Assembly (NCBI RefSeq): GCF_057098645.1 | Contig: NZ_CM169472.1 | Reading direction: 5' to 3' (one strand) | DNA length: 64,000 nt | Part shown: positions 59,578 through 64,000 of the stretch, one piece after another | How the letters are laid out: every line of letters begins with the position of its first letter | Position numbering within the stretch: the stretch's first letter is position 1 | The notes under the pieces: model-generated | The model's input: the letters and a program-made list of their open reading frames with translations, nothing else | The model's database searches: none | What the model was told of the DNA's origin: nothing | Translations under genes and position numbers: made by a program

Positions 59578-60126
59578 ATGAATGAATTAATTGCGAATCA
59601 TGACTTCGACTTTCGCCAGTTAGTTACCGCAGCAGAAGGTCAACCGGTAACTGACACCTTCCAGATTGCCAGGGCATTTGGTAAACGCCATCAGCATGTG
59701 ATTAGGGCTATTAAATGTTTGAGATGTTCTGAGGAATTCTCGACAACCCATTTTTGGGCCGTCGAGAAAATCAATGACTTAGGTATTTTTGACAAGAAAC
59801 AGATTTACTACCGCATGGACTTTAGTGGCTTCGTTATGCTGGTTATGGGATTTAACGGGGCAAAAGCCGATGCTGTTAAAGAAGCCTATATCAATGCGTT
59901 TAACTGGATGTCAGCAGAACTCCGTAAGTACAGCGAAAGTTATGAAGCAGAACGTAACGCCGTAATGCTGGAGTACATGAAAGAGAAGGATGTCGCCAGC
60001 ATGTCAGGCCGTCTGCTCAATCGCTGGGGGAGAACGAAAAAACCTCAATTGCTTGCAAAGCTGGAACGTCTGGAGAGACAGGGACAGTTTTTATTACCGG
60101 GATTCGATAAAGGTATTCAAGCCTGA
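59578..60126 (+). CDS. Rha-family phage regulatory protein
   Basis: MNELIANHDFDFRQLVTAAEGQPVTDTFQIARAFGKRHQHVIRAI..., start taken at the internal ATG. Confidence 0.55.
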   Translation: MNELIANHDFDFRQLVTAAEGQPVTDTFQIARAFGKRHQHVIRAIKCLRCSEEFSTTHFWAVEKINDLGIFDKKQIYYRMDFSGFVMLVMGFNGAKADAVKEAYINAFNWMSAELRKYSESYEAERNAVMLEYMKEKDVASMSGRLLNRWGRTKKPQLLAKLERLERQGQFLLPGFDKGIQA

Positions 60127-60313
60127 CACATTATGCGCTGTATCGTCGCCGTATTCCCGCATTAACCATGACCGTAGCCCGACGGGGAATTCCTTCTGCG
60201 TGAGTGTGCGGGAATAATCAAAAACGATGCACACCGGGTTTTACTGTGCTGACAGACGCAGGGTTACCCTCATAGTCGCTTTTCCGGTGCGATGGTGGAA
60301 GAAACCGGGATGT

Positions 60314-60508
60314 TCATCCATCATCACTTTGGATTGATGTATATGCTCTCTTTTCTGACGTTAGTCTCCGACGGCAGGCTTCAATGACCCAGGCTGAGAA
60401 ATTCCCAGACCCTTTTTGCTCAAGAGCGATGTTAATTTGTTCAATCATTTGGTTAGGAAAGCGGATGTTGCGGGTTGTTGTTCTGCGGGTTCTGTTCTTC
60501 GTTGACAT
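60314..60508 (-). CDS. Hypothetical small basic protein, possible ribbon-helix-helix DNA binder
   Basis: 64-aa ORF, Arg/Thr-rich N-terminus. Confidence 0.35.
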   Translation of the reverse strand: MSTKNRTRRTTTRNIRFPNQMIEQINIALEQKGSGNFSAWVIEACRRRLTSEKRAYTSIQSDDG

Positions 60509-60707
60509 GAGGTTGCCCCGTATTCAGTGTCGCTGATTTGTATTGTCTGAAGTTGTTTTTACGTTAAGTTGACGCAGATCAATTAATACGATACCTGCGT
60601 CATAATTGATTATTTGACGTGGTTTGATGGCGTAGATGCACGTTGTGACATGTAGATGATAATTATTATCATTTTGCGGGTCCTTTCCGGCGATCCGACA
60701 GGTTACG

Positions 60708-60719
60708 GGGCGGCGACCT
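60708..60719. other. cos: Lambda cosN cohesive-end site, with cosB immediately downstream
   Basis: GGGCGGCGACCT followed by CGCGGGTTTTCGCTATTTATGAAAATTTTCCGG, the lambda left-end sequence. Confidence 0.8.
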
Positions 60720-60902
60720 CGCGGGTTTTCGCTATTTATGAAAATTTTCCGGGAACCATGTCCGGTTTCTCTGCAAGTTAACTACATGAAAAATATAAGA
60801 ACGGGCTTTCCGTGAACCGGACATGCGCAAAAAATGGACATATAAACCGGACATGATCGGTTTTGTGCTAATTGTGAGGTGAGAGTTTTTGCGAGGTGAG
60901 GA

Positions 60903-61412
60903 GTGGCTACGCAGACTGAAGTTGCCAGGCATTTAAGTCTGACCGATCGCCAGCTTCGCAGATTGCAGAAATTGCCGGGTGCCCCGATATCAAATAAGCG
61001 AGGGCAACTGGATCTGGATGCCTGGCGCGATTTTTACATATCGTATCTGAGGAGAAGTAAAAACGATGTGCCTGATGGCGATAGCGAAGACGACTATGAG
61101 GAGAAATTGCTTATTGCCAGATGGGAACTGACAGCAGAACAGGCTGTTACACAGCAGTTAAAAAATGAGGTGTCAAAAGGAAAACTTATTGACACCGGGT
61201 TCTGTATTTTTGCCCTCAGTAAGCTGGCAATGGCGTTATCCAGTACGCTTGATTCCATCCCTTTATCCATGCAGCGACAGTTTCCTGATTTAACACCGCG
61301 CCATCTTGACCATCTGAAAACCCTTATTGCTAAGGGGGCAAATCAGTGTGCGCGGGCAGGGGATAAATTACCGGATTTACTCGATGAATATATCAGAGCA
61401 ACAACTGAATAA
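60903..61412 (+). CDS. Terminase small subunit (Nu1-like), GTG start
   Basis: 169 aa, N-terminal wHTH, C-terminal region resembles recalled lambda Nu1. Confidence 0.8.
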   Translation: MATQTEVARHLSLTDRQLRRLQKLPGAPISNKRGQLDLDAWRDFYISYLRRSKNDVPDGDSEDDYEEKLLIARWELTAEQAVTQQLKNEVSKGKLIDTGFCIFALSKLAMALSSTLDSIPLSMQRQFPDLTPRHLDHLKTLIAKGANQCARAGDKLPDLLDEYIRATTE

Positions 61413-63312
61413 TATGATGGCTGCCGTTTCGGTTGCGCTGCAGCCTCTGGTCAGGGTTGTACCAATGACGGCAGTTGAATGGGCTGATCAAAATTATTAT
61501 CTGCCTAAAGAATCCTCATACGGTGAGGGCGAATGGAAAACGCTGCCATTCCAGATCGCCATTATGAACTGTATGGGTAACGACCAGGTTCGCACGGTTA
61601 ACCTGATTAAATCTGCCCGTGTTGGCTATACAAAGATGTTGCTGGGGGTGGTCGGGTATTTTATTGAGCATAAATCCCGAAACAGTCTGCTTTTTCAGCC
61701 CACGGATTCTGCCGCTGAAGATTTTATGAAGTCTCACGTGGAGGCGACGATTCGGAACGTGCCATGCCTGAAAGACCTTTCCCCATGGCTGGGTCGTAAA
61801 CATCGTGACAATACTCTCACGCTGAAACGCTTTTCATCGGGCGTCGGTTTCTGGTGCCTGGGCGGCGCTGCCGCCAAAAACTACCGTGAAAAATCCGTGG
61901 ACGTGGTCTGCTATGACGAACTTTCCTCGTTCGAGCCGGATGTCGAAAAAGAGGGCTCGCCAACCCTGCTGGGGGATAAGCGTATTGAGGGGTCGGTGTG
62001 GCCAAAATCCATTCGCGGCTCGACGCCTAAAATCAAAGGCACCTGCCAGATCGAAAAAGCCGCTAACGAGTCGGCGCATTTTATGCGTTTTTATGTGCCC
62101 TGCCCGCACTGTGGGGAGGCGCAGTATCTGAAATTTGGCGATGAGTCCACGCCTTTTGGGCTTAAATGGGAGAAGGACAGCCCCGAAAGTGTTTTCTACC
62201 TCTGTGAACATCATGGCTGCGTGATCCATCAGTCTGAACTGGACCAGAGCAACGGGCGGTGGATCTGTGAAAACACGGGCATGTGGACCCGTGACGGTCT
62301 GACGTTTTTCAGCGCCCGGGGTGATGAAATTCCGCCGCCGCGCTCCATCACGTTCCATATCTGGACGGCGTACAGTCCGTTTACCACCTGGGTACAGATA
62401 GTCTATGACTGGCTGGATGCACTGAAAGATCCCAACGGCCTGAAAACCTTTGTGAACACCACGCTGGGCGAGACCTGGGAAGAAGCCGTGGGCGAAAAAC
62501 TCGATCACCAGGTACTGATGGATAAGGTGGTGCATTACACGGCGGCGGTACCTGCCCGGGTGGTTTATCTGACGGCGGGCATTGACTCGCAGCGAAACCG
62601 TTTTGAGATGTATGTCTGGGGATGGGCACCGGGAGAGGAAGCTTTTCTGGTGGATAAAATCATCATTATGGGCCGTCCCGATGAGGAAGAGACGCTGTTA
62701 CGTGTGGATGCGGCGATCAACAAAAAATACTGCCATGCAGACGGAACCGAAATGACCATTTCCCGTGTCTGCTGGGACACCGGGGGGATCGATGGTGAAA
62801 TTGTCTATCAGAGGTCAAAAAAACACGGTGTTTTCCGGGTGCTGCCGGTAAAAGGCGCATCTGTCTATGGCAAGCCGGTGATCACCATGCCGAAAACCCG
62901 CAATCAGCGGGGCGTGTATCTGTGTGAAGTGGGAACGGACACCGCAAAAGAAATTCTCTATGCCCGTATGAAAGCCGATCCCACGCCTGCGGATGAAGCC
63001 ACGTCGTATGCCATCCGTTTTCCTGATGATCCGGAGATTTTTTCGCAGACAGAGGCGCAGCAACTGGTGGCGGAAGAGCTTGTGGAGAAGTGGGAAAAAG
63101 GAAAGATGCGTCTGCTGTGGGATAACAAAAAGCGGCGTAACGAAGCGCTGGACTGCCTGGTGTATGCCTACGCGGCATTACGTGTGTCCGTGCAACGCTG
63201 GCAGCTTGATCTGGCTGTACTGGCAAAATCCCGGGAAGAAGAGACGACCCGGCCAACCCTGAAAGAACTGGCAGCGAAGCTGTCCGGAGGAGTGAATGGT
63301 TACAGTCGCTGA
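61384..63312 (+). CDS. A: Terminase large subunit (lambda gpA homologue)
   Basis: About 642 aa from MNISEQQLNNMMAAV...; TAVEWADQNYYLPKES and other blocks match recalled lambda A. Confidence 0.9.
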   Translation: MNISEQQLNNMMAAVSVALQPLVRVVPMTAVEWADQNYYLPKESSYGEGEWKTLPFQIAIMNCMGNDQVRTVNLIKSARVGYTKMLLGVVGYFIEHKSRNSLLFQPTDSAAEDFMKSHVEATIRNVPCLKDLSPWLGRKHRDNTLTLKRFSSGVGFWCLGGAAAKNYREKSVDVVCYDELSSFEPDVEKEGSPTLLGDKRIEGSVWPKSIRGSTPKIKGTCQIEKAANESAHFMRFYVPCPHCGEAQYLKFGDESTPFGLKWEKDSPESVFYLCEHHGCVIHQSELDQSNGRWICENTGMWTRDGLTFFSARGDEIPPPRSITFHIWTAYSPFTTWVQIVYDWLDALKDPNGLKTFVNTTLGETWEEAVGEKLDHQVLMDKVVHYTAAVPARVVYLTAGIDSQRNRFEMYVWGWAPGEEAFLVDKIIIMGRPDEEETLLRVDAAINKKYCHADGTEMTISRVCWDTGGIDGEIVYQRSKKHGVFRVLPVKGASVYGKPVITMPKTRNQRGVYLCEVGTDTAKEILYARMKADPTPADEATSYAIRFPDDPEIFSQTEAQQLVAEELVEKWEKGKMRLLWDNKKRRNEALDCLVYAYAALRVSVQRWQLDLAVLAKSREEETTRPTLKELAAKLSGGVNGYSR

Positions 63313-63502
63313 ACTGCAGGCGCTGCGTCAGGCGCGCCTTGATTTATTAACCGGTAAACGGGTGGTGTCTGTCCAGAAAGATGGTCGCAGAATTGAATAT
63401 ACGGCGGCTTCTCTGGATGAGCTTAACCGGGCGATCAATGATGCGGAGTCGGTACTGGGGACAACCCGGCGTCGCCGTCGTCCGCTGGGAGTGAGGTTAT
63501 GA
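63296..63502 (+). CDS. W: Head-tail joining protein W
   Basis: 68 aa, MVTVAELQALRQARLDLLTGKRVVSVQKDGRRIEYTAASLDELNRAINDAESVL... Confidence 0.85.
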   Translation: MVTVAELQALRQARLDLLTGKRVVSVQKDGRRIEYTAASLDELNRAINDAESVLGTTRRRRRPLGVRL

Positions 63503-64000
63503 AACGAACGCCTGTCCTGATTGATGTGAACGGCGTTCCGCTTCGGGAGAGCCTCAGCTACAACGGGGGCGGCGCAGGATTTGGCGGGCAAATGGCGGAG
63601 TGGTTGCCACCGGCGCAGAGTGCCGATGCAGCTCTGTTGCCCGCGTTGCGTCTGGGGAATGCCCGTGCAGATGATCTGGTACGCAATAACGGGATAGCGG
63701 CTAATGCGGTGGCACTGCATAAGGATCACATTGTCGGGCATATGTTTCTGATCAGCTACCGTCCGAACTGGCGCTGGCTGGGGATGCGGGAGACCGCAGC
63801 AAAAAGCTTTGTCGATGAGGTGGAGGCGGCCTGGTCGGAATACGCCGAAGGGATGTCTGGCGAGATCGACGTGGAAGGAAAACGCACGTTCACGGAATTT
63901 ATCCGTGAAGGTGTGGGCGTTCATGCGTTTAACGGCGAAATCTTTGTGCAGCCGGTCTGGGATACGGAGAGCACGCAACTGTTTCGTACGCGTTTTAAAG
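63499..64000 (+). CDS. B: Portal protein B, N-terminal part (runs off the window)
   Basis: MKRTPVLIDVNGVPLRESLSYNGGGAGFGGQMAEWLPPAQSADAALLPALRLGNARADDLV... Confidence 0.9.
   Translation, partial: MKRTPVLIDVNGVPLRESLSYNGGGAGFGGQMAEWLPPAQSADAALLPALRLGNARADDLVRNNGIAANAVALHKDHIVGHMFLISYRPNWRWLGMRETAAKSFVDEVEAAWSEYAEGMSGEIDVEGKRTFTEFIREGVGVHAFNGEIFVQPVWDTESTQLFRTRFK

Noticed and set aside
61834-62535. 233-aa minus-strand ORF
   Set aside because: Antisense within the terminase large-subunit gene.

Overview
This window reads as an Escherichia coli chromosomal segment running from the end of the cyd operon (ybgE, partial) through tol-pal, a seven-gene tRNA Lys/Val array, nadA-pnuC, zitB, ybgS, aroG, gpmA, the gal operon, modFE/acrZ/modABC, and ybhA-pgl-ybhD-ybhH-ybhI-ybhJ-ybhC, all in K-12-like synteny (1..32500). 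At 32538 the phage lambda attachment core follows ybhC, and the rest of the window (32538..64000, continuing beyond it) is a lambda-like prophage in lysogen orientation. Its backbone is lambda (int, xis, exo/bet/gam/kil/cIII, N, O-P-ren, nin genes, cos, Nu1/A/W/B) but the immunity region is phage-434 type (434 cI and operators) and the Q-to-lysis region is a foreign module (S21-type holin, SAR endolysin, Rz/Rz1). The prophage looks defective: an IS629-like element sits in cro with loss of the rest of cro, cII and the O N-terminus; lambda Q is reduced to a 29-codon stub; and a three-level nested IS insertion (IS21-family inside IS629-like inside an IS911-like element) lies upstream of the lysis genes. 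The candidates for undescribed functions are uncharacterised ORFs in prophage accessory slots: a 293-aa ORF translationally coupled to N, a 134-aa exported protein coupled to cI in the rexAB position, two AT-rich membrane proteins, and a 36-codon hydrophobic peptide. Two genes (ybhD and a NanS-p-like esterase) carry single-base frameshifts at homopolymer runs. All identifications are by reading the sequence and recalling protein families; no database search was run.
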